The notes: generated from the sequence alone by a model not told the origin. A DNA stretch of 62,383 bases from an uncultured archaeon (GCA_964578995.1 CAZOEZ010000002.1:1-62383), one strand, 5' to 3'; positions 9,939 through 22,820 are shown, numbered from the stretch's first letter. Numbers and translations: made by a program.

Positions 9939-10529
9939 ATGCCAGGACAAGGCCGCCAGGGCCGAAGTGATGCATTTCAAAGGAAAGCCCGTAGAGAAGG
10001 TTATCGCGCTCGTTCAGCTTACAAACTTATGGATATACAGAAAAAAAGTAAGATTTTCAAGGAGGGTTCAACAGTCTTAGATTTGGGCGCAGCTCCCGGA
10101 GGATGGTCTCAAGTTGCTTTAGAATTTATAGGGGAAGAAGGAAAATTAATTGGAGTTGATTTACAACACATACTGCCGCTAAAAGGAGCACAATTTATTC
10201 AAGGCGATCTTCGTGAGGTTGAAATCAGACGTGAATTAGAAGAACTTGCACCTAAAGCTGATGCCGTAATTTCAGATATGAGTCCTAATCTATCTGGCAA
10301 TTATTCTGTCGATCAAGCACGTTCAGTGGAATTATCATCATTAGCTTTAGAGATAGCAGCTGAAAGGAAGGCTAAATTTTTTGTTTGTAAAGTTTTTGAA
10401 GGTTCAGACTTCCAAGAATTTCGTAAGGAAGTTATAGATGAATTTGGTTCAGTCCGTACTTTGTCTCCTGAGGCATCACGTAAACAGTCAAGTGAAGTTT
10501 ATCTGATTGCTAAAAGGAAATATAGATGA
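9939..10529 (+). CDS. rlmE: Ribosomal RNA large subunit 2'-O-methyltransferase RlmE/FtsJ
   Basis: RSAYKLMDIQKK..., VLDLGAAPGGWSQV, DLQ, VISDMSPNLSG, KVFEG. I prefer the ATG at 9939 (2 nt after the HEAT-protein stop) over the track start at 9897, which overlaps the upstream gene. Confidence 0.85.
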   Translation: MPGQGRQGRSDAFQRKARREGYRARSAYKLMDIQKKSKIFKEGSTVLDLGAAPGGWSQVALEFIGEEGKLIGVDLQHILPLKGAQFIQGDLREVEIRRELEELAPKADAVISDMSPNLSGNYSVDQARSVELSSLALEIAAERKAKFFVCKVFEGSDFQEFRKEVIDEFGSVRTLSPEASRKQSSEVYLIAKRKYR

Positions 10530-11200
10530 AATTAGCGGTTTTGTTTTCAGGAGGCAAGGATTCCTATCTTGCCCTTCAATATGCTTCATTAGACCATAAA
10601 ATTTCTTGTCTTTTAACTTTAGAATCTGAAAAAGAGGATAGTTGGATGTTTCATACGCCGGCTATTGAATGGACTAAACTTCAAGCTAAAGCCATGGAAA
10701 TAGATCATTTAACATTAAAAACGAGTGGTGTTAAAGAGGAGGAATTGGCGGATCTTTGTTCCATTATTGAGTCAGCCATTTCAAAATATTCTATTGAAGG
10801 TATTGTTACAGGTGCATTAGCATCAGTTTACCAATCTACACGAATTCAAAAAATATGTAACAATCTAGGCCTTTGGTGTTTTAATCCACTGTGGCAGATG
10901 CCACAAAAGCAGCTTCTTCAAGAATTATTATCTAATAAAATTGAGTCGATTATCACTGGAGTGGCGGCAGAGCCATTTGACGGTACTTGGTTGGGACGTT
11001 GTATTGATTCAGAATGTGTAGATGATTTGATGTCTTTAGAATCAAGATACAGGATAAATCCTGCAGGAGAGGGTGGAGAGCTTGAATCGTTTGTTTTAAG
11101 CGCTCCTCTATTCCATAAATCAATACGAATTGTCGAGTCAAAGAAACACTATTCAAATTTTTCAGGTCGATTGGAAATTAAGGAGGCGCTTTTAACGTGA
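10526..11200 (+). CDS. Diphthine-ammonia ligase (Dph6/MJ0570-family PP-loop ATPase)
   Basis: MKLAVLFSGGKDSYLAL PP-loop, GIVTGALASVYQSTRIQKIC and PAGEGGELESFVL closely match my recollection of MJ0570. The ATGA start overlaps the rlmE stop. Confidence 0.85.
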   Translation: MKLAVLFSGGKDSYLALQYASLDHKISCLLTLESEKEDSWMFHTPAIEWTKLQAKAMEIDHLTLKTSGVKEEELADLCSIIESAISKYSIEGIVTGALASVYQSTRIQKICNNLGLWCFNPLWQMPQKQLLQELLSNKIESIITGVAAEPFDGTWLGRCIDSECVDDLMSLESRYRINPAGEGGELESFVLSAPLFHKSIRIVESKKHYSNFSGRLEIKEALLT

Positions 11201-11736
11201 CCATCCTCATTATTTCTACCTGCAGTGAGAAATTAAGTGAAAGAGAGTTTGTAACTCCAATTTCTAAGATTGTTGGGAAAGACAATCATAAAATATTACA
11301 TTACACAGAATGTACACAAGAAAATACAAGTGAATTTGCGAAGATCCTAATATGTGGCACTTCACTTAATGATAATTCATATCAAAAAGATATCGATAAG
11401 TTCAAGAAGATTCTATATAATTTTGGAAAACCAATTCTTGGAATTTGCTCAGGAATGCAGATTATTTGCAGTATTTTTGAGGATAAAATCATTAAAAATA
11501 TAGAGATTGGAATGGTTGAAGTGGAGACCTTAAACACCAATGCATTATGTGATGGTAATTTTCAGGCTTATAGTATTCACAATTATTCCGTGGATAATCT
11601 ACAATATTTTACAGTATTAGCAAGGAGTCAAACTAGTAATCAGGTAATTAAACACAAAACTAAGGATATTTTTGGAGTATCATTTCATCCTGAAGTTAGG
11701 AATGAGAGCGTTATTGAAAATTTTCTATCAATTTAA
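11197..11736 (+). CDS. Class I glutamine amidotransferase (GATase1), possibly GMP synthase subunit A-like
   Basis: Nucleophile elbow GICSGMQII and His-x-Glu in SFHPEV. The GTGA start overlaps the Dph6 stop. Confidence 0.7.
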   Translation: MTILIISTCSEKLSEREFVTPISKIVGKDNHKILHYTECTQENTSEFAKILICGTSLNDNSYQKDIDKFKKILYNFGKPILGICSGMQIICSIFEDKIIKNIEIGMVEVETLNTNALCDGNFQAYSIHNYSVDNLQYFTVLARSQTSNQVIKHKTKDIFGVSFHPEVRNESVIENFLSI

Positions 11737-12443
11737 AGGTCTTTTGCGCCGTTCACGACTTTACTTGCACTGAGTTTTGTAAATCCTACTACGCTTGAAA
11801 TATCATCTAAAGTTGCGGCTTTCAAATCTCCAATTGTATGAAACCCAGAATCGTATAAATTTTCAGCCTTGATTGCCCCGAGTCCTTTAATTTTAGATAC
11901 AGCATCTACAAATTCGTCTTTACCTCCACCAGGACCACTAGCTTCTTTAAGTTGTGGGAATTTGCCAGCTTGAATATTTCGCCATTCTTTAATTACTTCA
12001 GATATTGATTCTAAACTACTTACATTTAGATTAAACCAACTGTCTCTAGCGTGTAATGAGCGTCTAGCCAAATCTAATTCATCCTCCATTTCTTGAGTTA
12101 TTGATAGGAGGCGTTCATATTTTTCAGTTTGTTCAGACATGGTATTTTCCATATCTTGAATTTTTGGTGCATATTCTGCTTCAACTTTGGTTTGTCTCTG
12201 CCTTTCAACTTCCAATTCTGTTATTTTTGTGTCTCTCTCGGTGAGCAATTCTTGAAGTGATGCAATCATGGTTTCTTTTGTATCAATGTCAGCTTCTAGA
12301 AAATTGATACGATCTAATGCTGCATTTAGATCTTTTTCCTGTTGTTCATAAGCATCCCATAACTTCTCTAATCTTTGCTGTTCCAAACTCAGGCTACTCT
12401 CTATTTGGGCAAATTTTTCATCAGTTTCGGGATCCATGTTCAT
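11733..12443 (-). CDS. Coiled-coil protein with C-terminal tandem helix-hairpin-helix DNA-binding module
   Basis: About 150 aa of heptad-like E/K/Q/L-rich sequence, then GLGAIKAENLYDSGFHTIGDL...VVGFTKLSASKV (HhH pair). Confidence 0.5.
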   Translation of the reverse strand: MNMDPETDEKFAQIESSLSLEQQRLEKLWDAYEQQEKDLNAALDRINFLEADIDTKETMIASLQELLTERDTKITELEVERQRQTKVEAEYAPKIQDMENTMSEQTEKYERLLSITQEMEDELDLARRSLHARDSWFNLNVSSLESISEVIKEWRNIQAGKFPQLKEASGPGGGKDEFVDAVSKIKGLGAIKAENLYDSGFHTIGDLKAATLDDISSVVGFTKLSASKVVNGAKDL

Positions 12444-12493
12444 TCCTCCGACAATATGAACCGCGCTACCTGTTATATAATATCCTCTGTCGA

Positions 12494-12970
12494 TTGCACA
12501 TTGTGGAACCTAAAGTCGGTAGCGGTCATTTGAAAACGGAAAATATCGAAGACGTAAAATCATTAATTAGTTCAGATTTTGCAGTAATCAATCCAAAAGT
12601 TGTTTGTGGTATTATTCACTTAAAACAGGCCGCTTATTTAGCGACTAAAGCGCATGAAGACAAATATAATCTAGCTAAGGAAAAGTCAACAGAAGTATTA
12701 CTTTATTTGACAGCTCAGAGACAAATATCAAAAGCTATTGAAATAGGGGGAGTAAATTCAGACAACAAATCAATTGCTTGGGTTTCCTTTGGTGAGATTC
12801 CCAAGAATTTAGATAATTTAATTGAATTTGATGATTCTATCATATCATATGAAAATTTTGATTATTCAATAACTAAATGGAATACCTCAGATCTTAAAAA
12901 GTTAAATTTTGAGGAAAAACAAAAGATAATTATGACGAGAACAGCGACATTGCCAGTTCAGTCTCGATGA
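12494..12970 (+). CDS. cgi121: KEOPS complex subunit Cgi121
   Basis: INPKVVCGIIHLKQAAYLA...STEVLLYLTAQRQISKAIEIGGV aligns well with my recollection of M. jannaschii Cgi121 (ILVRASGQRQIHEAIKIIG). The track start at 12317 runs antisense through the neighbouring gene; a TTG at 12494 or GTG at 12503 is more plausible. Confidence 0.7.
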   Translation: MHIVEPKVGSGHLKTENIEDVKSLISSDFAVINPKVVCGIIHLKQAAYLATKAHEDKYNLAKEKSTEVLLYLTAQRQISKAIEIGGVNSDNKSIAWVSFGEIPKNLDNLIEFDDSIISYENFDYSITKWNTSDLKKLNFEEKQKIIMTRTATLPVQSR

Positions 12971-13009
12971 AATAACAAGTTTTTTAAGCTAAGTATCTGA
13001 CTTGACAAT

Positions 13010-13420
13010 ATGACTAGTTCAAAATTAGTTGAGAAACTTAATGGCGGTCTTGCATGGGAATTGCGTGCAATGGCACTTTACTCCCATTATTCCGCATATG
13101 TTAGGGGAATTAACAGACTACATCTTAAACCATTTTTTGATGAAGAAGCTAGCGAGTCAGCTACTCATGCAAACATGGTTAGAGCAGAAATTGTAAAGTT
13201 AGGTGGTGTAGCAGTTACAGATAGAGATCAAACAGAGATAGTACATACTACAGATTACACGGTTATGCTCAAGGAAGCACTGAAAACAGAACAAAAGGCA
13301 GCTGCCGGATATGAGGAAGTATTGTCACTCATAAAGGATGATGACGAGATGTACGATTCTATTGAACAGATATATTTCCAAGAGTTACGTTCTGTCGAAG
13401 AAGTAACTCAGCTTCTGTAA
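13010..13420 (+). CDS. Ferritin-like domain protein (Dps/bacterioferritin-like)
   Basis: Four-helix pattern with di-iron-type E...ExxH motifs (WELRAM, EEASESATHANM, EQKAAAGYEE). Confidence 0.6.
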   Translation: MTSSKLVEKLNGGLAWELRAMALYSHYSAYVRGINRLHLKPFFDEEASESATHANMVRAEIVKLGGVAVTDRDQTEIVHTTDYTVMLKEALKTEQKAAAGYEEVLSLIKDDDEMYDSIEQIYFQELRSVEEVTQLL

Positions 13421-13422
13421 GT

Positions 13423-13992
13423 TCAACGGTCGATTATATTATCTTTAATCAACCAACCCCATAGACATCCTAATAGAGATCCAACTATTCCGAAGAAGGC
13501 CCAGCTAGAGTCTCCAACAACCATGCTTCCAAGACTGACTACTGGATTAACGTCACCAAAAGCAGTACTAGCTACAATAAACAGTGTTGCTCCAATAGAG
13601 GCAGGGTCTTGAGAAGTTAACAAAGAAGTTACAAAGAAAGTCGTACCTATCATTGCGAAAATCATAATATCTAAATCAGAATCGTTACTTGGAAATAGTT
13701 GATTAAATAATGCAAAACCTGCTGTTGCTCCAATAATTTGAGCTCCAATATATGCTATTGCATCATCACGGCTAATTTTTCCAGATAATAGAGTTGGTAT
13801 GGTTATCACTGGATTAAGGTGACATCCAGATACAGGTCCAAGAACATGTACCAACACCATTAGTGTTAGTGCTAAAGTAATTAGGCCTTGTATTCCACCT
13901 TCTTCTAGAGCTTCATTTACTCCAAAGAAGACCAAGAAGAAAGTACCCAAAAGTTCCGCGCTAATAGTTTTCCAGTTTGTTTCTTCAAACAT
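13423..13992 (-). CDS. MIP-family channel (aquaporin/glycerol facilitator-like), short form
   Basis: Two NPx half-motifs (HLNPVITI and DVNPVVSLG) and six hydrophobic segments. The track start at 14052 would overlap the divergent DegT start; the internal Met at 13992 (MFEETNWKTISAELLGTFF) fits MIP N-termini. Confidence 0.7.
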   Translation of the reverse strand: MFEETNWKTISAELLGTFFLVFFGVNEALEEGGIQGLITLALTLMVLVHVLGPVSGCHLNPVITIPTLLSGKISRDDAIAYIGAQIIGATAGFALFNQLFPSNDSDLDIMIFAMIGTTFFVTSLLTSQDPASIGATLFIVASTAFGDVNPVVSLGSMVVGDSSWAFFGIVGSLLGCLWGWLIKDNIIDR

Positions 13993-14042
13993 ATTTTGGC
14001 TAAAGCCCTCGTTTTTAATACCTACGTGTTGGCTATACAAGC

Positions 14043-15104
14043 GTGATACCAATAGCTAGTCCTCAGTTGGGAGTCGAAGAGAGAGAAGCAGTTGATAGAG
14101 TTCTTCAATCTGGAATAATTGCTCAAGGTCCAGAAGTAGCTAAGTTTGAAGAAGAATTTGCAAAAATGTGTGGTGTAAAGTATGCTGTAGCTACAAGTAA
14201 TGGAACCACGGCAGGGCATTTGGTAATGATTGCAAGCGATATTGGGCCTGGAGATGAAGTTATTACAACGCCATTTACATTTTTCGCGACAGCATCAGCA
14301 ATCATGATGGCTGGTGCTAAACCTGTTTTTGTTGATGTTGAAGAGGATGGTTTTTGTTTAGATCCCAAAAAAGTAGAGGTTGCTATTACAGATAAAACAA
14401 AAGCAATACAACCTGTGCATCTTTATGGTGAATTGGCAGATATGCCGTCACTTATAGAAATTTCTAAGAAAAACAATCTAGTTCTGATAGAGGACTCTGC
14501 ACAGGCTCATAGCGCAGATTCATGGAATCGTAAAGCAGGAAGTTTTGGCAATGCAGGATGGTTTAGTTTCTACCCTACTAAGAATATGACTACTTCAGAA
14601 GGTGGAATCATTACTACAAATGATGAAAAAATTGCAAACTTGTGCAAAGTTTTGAGAGCACATGGTATGACTGCTCAATATCAGCATACTGAATTTGGAT
14701 ATAATTATCGGATGACTGATATTTCAGCTGCAATTGGAAGAGTACAATTAACAAAACTTGATAAATTCAATTCCCGTCGTCGAGAAATTGCAGATAAATA
14801 CAATGCATCATTCTCTAAATATGTTAAAGTTCCTGAAAATCGTCGAGGTCATGTGTTTCATCAATATACGATACTTTGCAATCAGCGTGATGAATTGAAA
14901 GAGTATTTGAGTCAAAAAGGCGTCGGTTCTGGAATATACTATCCTACATTATTGTACAATTATGCCCCTATGTCTGAATTTCAGGCTGATTGTCCTAATG
15001 CTAAAAATTTGACAGAATTATCCTTGAGTCTTCCAGTACATCCTGGTTTGAGTGATTCTGATGTTTCTAAAGTCATTGATACTGTAGTTTCGTTTTTTGA
15101 ATGA
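14043..15104 (+). CDS. DegT/DnrJ/EryC1/StrS-family PLP-dependent sugar aminotransferase
   Basis: IPIASPQLGVEEREAV, EFEEEFAKMCGVKYAVATSNGT and the FSFYPTKNMTTSEGG PLP-lysine region. Confidence 0.85.
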   Translation: MIPIASPQLGVEEREAVDRVLQSGIIAQGPEVAKFEEEFAKMCGVKYAVATSNGTTAGHLVMIASDIGPGDEVITTPFTFFATASAIMMAGAKPVFVDVEEDGFCLDPKKVEVAITDKTKAIQPVHLYGELADMPSLIEISKKNNLVLIEDSAQAHSADSWNRKAGSFGNAGWFSFYPTKNMTTSEGGIITTNDEKIANLCKVLRAHGMTAQYQHTEFGYNYRMTDISAAIGRVQLTKLDKFNSRRREIADKYNASFSKYVKVPENRRGHVFHQYTILCNQRDELKEYLSQKGVGSGIYYPTLLYNYAPMSEFQADCPNAKNLTELSLSLPVHPGLSDSDVSKVIDTVVSFFE

Positions 15105-15200
15105 TTTTGAAATAATTCTAACAGTTTTATACCATTGGTATGTCTGTTAATGGCCAAAACTTTATACATTTTGTTTAATTTAGCACATAGGTAATCAATT

Positions 15201-15764
15201 TTGACCCCAACAATTCCTCGAATAGGTAAATCTGCCCCTTTGTTTGAGGGTGATATTGTAAGATATGACTCTCGCAAAAAGAAGATTCTTTATGATAAAA
15301 TATCGTTAGTTAATATCATATCTGAAAAACAATGGACTGTTTTGTTTTTCTATCCAAGAGATTTTTCGAGTTTATGTCCTACGGAGATACATTCTTTCAA
15401 TCGTCGTTTCAAGGATTTTGAGAAGGCTAATGCAGTATTGGTAGGGTGTTCTACAGATTCCAAGAATAGCCATAAAGCATGGATGGAAAGACCAAGAACT
15501 AAGGGGGGAATCGATAAGTTATCTTATCCACTTATGGCAGATCCATCCTTGAAAATTGCTACTTCTTATGGGGTACTTGACAAAGAAAATGGTCATGCTT
15601 TACGCGGTACCTTTATCATAAATAACGAAGGAACATTGCTTTCTTTGACTATTAATCCACCCTATATTGGGCGTAGTGTGGATGAGACGGTTAGAACACT
15701 TCAAGCTTTGCAGTCAGGTAAGCTTTGTCCAGCAGGTTGGAGACCCGGTCGTAAGACACTTTAA
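15201..15764 (+). CDS. Peroxiredoxin (AhpC/TSA family)
   Basis: TTG start. IGKSAPLFEG, FFYPRDFSSLCPTEI (peroxidatic Cys), SHKAW and C-terminal KLCPAGW. Confidence 0.85.
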   Translation: MTPTIPRIGKSAPLFEGDIVRYDSRKKKILYDKISLVNIISEKQWTVLFFYPRDFSSLCPTEIHSFNRRFKDFEKANAVLVGCSTDSKNSHKAWMERPRTKGGIDKLSYPLMADPSLKIATSYGVLDKENGHALRGTFIINNEGTLLSLTINPPYIGRSVDETVRTLQALQSGKLCPAGWRPGRKTL

Positions 15765-15813
15765 GTCTAGTAATTTAATAGACGATAAACTTGTTTTTGT
15801 AGGGTATACTTAA

Positions 15814-18842
<3,029 letters not shown>

Positions 18843-18888
18843 GTTTTATTATGTAGCCTAAAGGTATTAAGTTTGGGTTCATAAACTT

Positions 18889-19815
18889 ATGAAAAATCAA
18901 ATATTTTCACGATTAATATCGAATCAATTATTTCCAAATTTAACTTGGTTAAGATTTTTTGGTTTTGAATTCTGGATGGTTGGTTTCACTCCTTTTTTCA
19001 TTGGATATGTCGTTGGGGCAGGGAAACTCTTTGATTTTGATTTATTATATGGTTTTGTGATAATTGCACTTCTTACATCTTCTACATTTGTACTTAATCA
19101 TATCTGTGACTTAGATTTAGATAGAAAAAATCCTCGAAAGGAATTTAGTTTATTGGTAAGTGGCCATCTCAGCGTCAGAAATGCTTGGTTTCTATTCATT
19201 TCTTTGCAACTCTCTTGTTTATTTTTATCTCTTGAATTTGGCAATGAATTTTTGTACTGTATGCTTGGTCTTACTTCGATTTCATTTGTGTATAATATAG
19301 AGCCTTTCCGTTTTAAAACTAAACCAGGTCTTGATTTAACCAGTAATGGGTTGAGTCAGGGATTTCTAATTCCACTCTCTGCTTGGTCTATTAATCAGCC
19401 TTTAGTTGACTTTCCGAGACTTTATTTTTTTGCTATATTTTGTTATTTGATGGCACTGTATTGCCCTACTATGGCCGTTGATGTTGATTTCGACCGCAAA
19501 TCAGGAATTAACACTTTTGCAACTACATTTGGTTCTATTTTTACAATGCGTCTTTCCTGGATTTTTACTATATTAGGTGCCTCAACTTTACTTTTCTGTG
19601 GTTTTTTGGAGATATGGCCATGGAATTACAAACTTCTATTGTGGACAGGTTGGCTTCTTCTTTTAGAAATAGTAGTTCATTATGTATATCTTCCAATTAA
19701 TTCACAACCTAGTTATGATGCCGTTGCTAAGGGATCTATAATATTAGCAACTTTAGAAGCTATAGCTACCTTATTTTTCTTTCTTATCTTTTTGGATATG
19801 TTTCCTATTGGTTAA
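18889..19815 (+). CDS. UbiA-family prenyltransferase, substrate unknown
   Basis: Eight to nine TM segments, first motif NHICDLDLD (NxxxDxxxD), second DVDFDRKSG. Confidence 0.7.
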   Translation: MKNQIFSRLISNQLFPNLTWLRFFGFEFWMVGFTPFFIGYVVGAGKLFDFDLLYGFVIIALLTSSTFVLNHICDLDLDRKNPRKEFSLLVSGHLSVRNAWFLFISLQLSCLFLSLEFGNEFLYCMLGLTSISFVYNIEPFRFKTKPGLDLTSNGLSQGFLIPLSAWSINQPLVDFPRLYFFAIFCYLMALYCPTMAVDVDFDRKSGINTFATTFGSIFTMRLSWIFTILGASTLLFCGFLEIWPWNYKLLLWTGWLLLLEIVVHYVYLPINSQPSYDAVAKGSIILATLEAIATLFFFLIFLDMFPIG

Positions 19816-20008
19816 CAAAACCAACTACTTTTTTACAATTTCGGCATGAAACTGCAATAACTCTACCTGCTGATCTTTGATTTCCACCACCTTCGGCGGT
19901 AAAATCTACAACCTGAAATCTATAGGTGTTATCTTCTACACCAATATCTTTACTACAATGAGGGCATTTTGCAGGCGCATCAGGATCATCGCTTTTTGAA
20001 CTAAACAT
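19805..20008 (-). CDS. Small zinc-ribbon protein (hypothetical)
   Basis: 67 aa with CPHC...CRNC. Confidence 0.4.
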   Translation of the reverse strand: MFSSKSDDPDAPAKCPHCSKDIGVEDNTYRFQVVDFTAEGGGNQRSAGRVIAVSCRNCKKVVGFVNQ

Positions 20009-20053
20009 TATTACTGACTAAATCCCCTCACTTAAATAAGTTAACTCTTTTAG

Positions 20054-20761
20054 ATGCATGTATTTCGTTGTTTAATGGCAGAGTTAATGTTGATAGGTAC
20101 AGCACATGTAATTGACCTTGCATTACCTCTTGAAAGACATATAAAGAATTTCAATCCAGATATTATTGCTCTTGAATTAGATAAGCAAAGATGGCTTGCT
20201 CTAAAGTCAAATGTACGGAAAAGTGAAGGTCCTTTTTATGTTAGATTATTATCACGTTTACAGCAATATTTAGGTGATTACTTTGGTAGTACACCTGGAG
20301 CTGAAATGATGGTTGCAACAAAAATCGCACAATCAATGGGCGCACGCTTAGCTTTCATTGACAAACCCTTACTTGTAACATTACGTAGTGCCTGGAAAAG
20401 CATGCCTTGGAAAGAATTTCGTAATTTAATTACTGAAGGTCTTATCTCTTTAGTCGGTGGAGGAAAGCTTAGTTTGAATGATAGTATTCGCACAGGTGAC
20501 TTTTCTACAGAATTAGAAGATTTTAAACGTCAGTATCCTTTCTTGAAGAAAGAATTGATAGATCGCCGAGACACGTATATGTCTACGAACATCGTCAAAC
20601 TCTTTAGGAAGAACAATAGTGAAAAAATAGTGGCAATTGTGGGAGAAGGTCACCTATCAGGTATGGTTGAAAAATTAGTCAAGTTAAATCCAAAGGTAGT
20701 AAAGTTAAGTGATTTACTACAAAATAGTGAAAACAGCGTTTCCTTTTCTATTGAAATCTAA
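20054..20761 (+). CDS. TraB/PrgY-family protein
   Basis: LIGTAHV near the N-terminus, ELD, and VGEGHLSGM near the C-terminus. The start could instead be the Met at 20075. Confidence 0.7.
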   Translation: MHVFRCLMAELMLIGTAHVIDLALPLERHIKNFNPDIIALELDKQRWLALKSNVRKSEGPFYVRLLSRLQQYLGDYFGSTPGAEMMVATKIAQSMGARLAFIDKPLLVTLRSAWKSMPWKEFRNLITEGLISLVGGGKLSLNDSIRTGDFSTELEDFKRQYPFLKKELIDRRDTYMSTNIVKLFRKNNSEKIVAIVGEGHLSGMVEKLVKLNPKVVKLSDLLQNSENSVSFSIEI

Positions 20762-22323
20762 AATTCGTAAACTACTGCAAAACGATAATTCCAATTTGCC
20801 TGAACGGGGGTTCCACTATTTGTGAACGCTATAGTAATTTGATAATCTCCTAAATTCAGTGCATCATCGTCATTATAAAATTCAATATTCCAATTTGCAC
20901 CCTCGCCACCACAGGCTACATTACCTCCATTTTGTCCAATTTCATTTCCTTCAGAATCTTGGACGGTTATTGTATAGTCAATTTGTCCGCCAATACCAAC
21001 ACAATTTATTTCTGTGAATTCAATTTCAACAATTGATACAAAGATTTCTACATCCATATTGTAATTTTCTCCGTTGTCTTGCGCAACTAAGGTACCATCT
21101 GAACCTTCATCAGTATAATCCTCAGGAACAACTTGTAAAATCTTAGTTATTTCTCCAGTTTTATCGTTTTCATCAACAACCATGAGTGTAACATTGTAGT
21201 AACCTCCGGTAGACCATGAATAGTCAGTATTAGATTCATTTGTGGTTCTCTCTACACCATCACCAAAATTCCATTTGTATTCTTTTATTTCACCATCCGG
21301 AGCAATGGTATCGCTACCATCTAGTGTGATATTTGCACTAGATCGAACTTTTTCGACTACGTTTCCATTGTCATCTTGAAATTCAAATTGTGCACTAGGT
21401 CCTAATGCTTTGATTTCGATATTTTTTGTGGACTTCCCTTCTTGTCCATTACCGTCTTCTACAGTTAAAGTAACAGTATACATTCCAGCTTCACCCCAGC
21501 TATGTTGCGGTGATTTTAGTGATGATGTTTGATTATCTCCAAAATCCCAAAGGTAATCTAAAGCTTCACCCTCAGGGTCATAAGAATCTTCACCAGAAAA
21601 TTGTATGGCTTCTTCAGTAAATACTGAGCTTTTATCTGCATCAATAATTGCTACTGGTGGTAGATTTGTTACAGAAAATGAGTGTGTTACTGAGTTAGAT
21701 TCTCCATCAGGATCTTCTACAGTTAGAGTTACACTGTAATCACCTTCACCCAAGTCTAGTGTAAATTTACTTTGTTTAGATGCAGTATATGTAGGTCCTC
21801 CGGCTTCTCCTAAATCCCAGTTATAAGACAAAATATCATTATCAGGGTCACTGCTTGCAATTCCATTAAAAGTAACTTCATTACCTTCTGAATAAGCTCC
21901 TCCATTTGTTGGAGTAATTATCTTTGCAACAGGTTCTCTATTACCAGGTTCGACATTAATTACGACTATATCCTGCCCGGTTAATCCTTTAGGATCTCGA
22001 ACCATCAATGTTAAAACTAAATCATTTCCAGAAGTATCGACTGTGACTAAATCTGACATTTTTGTACTCAAATCAATGGGACTTCCAAGACCAGATAATG
22101 TCCACATGTATTCAAGTTCATCTCCATCAGGGTCTGATGATGCCGAACCATCAATTTGGAAAGGTTTACCTGCCTCAGCAATGTATGCTTGTCTTGGCAT
22201 AAGGATAAGTGCTTCTGGCGCTCTATTTTTTTCTTTACTTTCTTCACTATTTAGACAGCCACTAAAGCATATGAAAACAAATGCGAATGCTATTGCTACA
22301 ACTTGCAACTTTTGCATTAGCAC
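20758..22323 (-). CDS. Secreted multi-PKD-domain protein with lipobox-like signal peptide
   Basis: Signal peptide ending FSGCLN. Four or more PKD repeats (WTLSG, WDLGEAGG, WDFGDNQTS, WNFGDGVERT with Y.VTLTV strands) and a C-terminal beta-rich domain. Confidence 0.75.
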   Translation of the reverse strand: MLMQKLQVVAIAFAFVFICFSGCLNSEESKEKNRAPEALILMPRQAYIAEAGKPFQIDGSASSDPDGDELEYMWTLSGLGSPIDLSTKMSDLVTVDTSGNDLVLTLMVRDPKGLTGQDIVVINVEPGNREPVAKIITPTNGGAYSEGNEVTFNGIASSDPDNDILSYNWDLGEAGGPTYTASKQSKFTLDLGEGDYSVTLTVEDPDGESNSVTHSFSVTNLPPVAIIDADKSSVFTEEAIQFSGEDSYDPEGEALDYLWDFGDNQTSSLKSPQHSWGEAGMYTVTLTVEDGNGQEGKSTKNIEIKALGPSAQFEFQDDNGNVVEKVRSSANITLDGSDTIAPDGEIKEYKWNFGDGVERTTNESNTDYSWSTGGYYNVTLMVVDENDKTGEITKILQVVPEDYTDEGSDGTLVAQDNGENYNMDVEIFVSIVEIEFTEINCVGIGGQIDYTITVQDSEGNEIGQNGGNVACGGEGANWNIEFYNDDDALNLGDYQITIAFTNSGTPVQANWNYRFAVVYEF

Positions 22324-22362
22324 GCCAGATTACCAGACTATAAAGAGTATGTGTTTGTTTGT

Positions 22363-22785
22363 CTAAGCAACTAAGTTTGATCTAATTGGGCGTTTTGCAC
22401 CACATGCTTCACAATGTAAATTCAAGGTGCGTCCAACTCTTAAGAAAGAAGTATCTGGGCGATTACATTCTTGGCAAACGACAAAAGTATCAATGTAGGA
22501 TTTTATTCTTTCCTTAATCTTTCTTTCTGGAACTCGGCCTTGTAATACTAATCTTCTTTTGTTTACAGAACCTGCGGTTCCCAGTTCTTGGAGAAGAAAT
22601 TTGTAAAGATGAGTTTCATCACGTCTTAATGCATCAACTATTTCTGAAAAATTACGGATTATTGTTTTTTTGCTTCCTTCATGCAATATTTCAGGTGCAG
22701 GGGGACTGAAACGTTCTGCATTCAGCATCACATCTTCCAACCCTTCTCGTGCTCTTTCCAACAATTTTTCGTAGTCTAAATCCAC
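22363..22785 (-). CDS. eif2b: Translation initiation factor aIF-2 subunit beta
   Basis: YEKLLERA, the THLYKFLLQELGTAG core and the C-terminal C4 zinc ribbon (CQECNRPDT...CEACGA). Confidence 0.9.
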   Translation of the reverse strand: MDLDYEKLLERAREGLEDVMLNAERFSPPAPEILHEGSKKTIIRNFSEIVDALRRDETHLYKFLLQELGTAGSVNKRRLVLQGRVPERKIKERIKSYIDTFVVCQECNRPDTSFLRVGRTLNLHCEACGAKRPIRSNLVA

Positions 22786-22820
22786 ACGCTCCTAAAAAGT
22801 CCCTTTGTAAAGGCTTTCGT

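Noticed and set aside
12317-12493. N-terminal 59 codons of the track ORF 12317..12970
   Set aside because: This stretch is antisense to the 5' end of the coiled-coil gene, and similarity to Cgi121 begins only after about 12494. The extension is probably not translated.
13993-14052. 20-codon N-terminal extension of the MIP channel
   Set aside because: It would make the two divergent genes overlap at their 5' ends, leaving no promoter space. An internal Met gives a normal MIP N-terminus.
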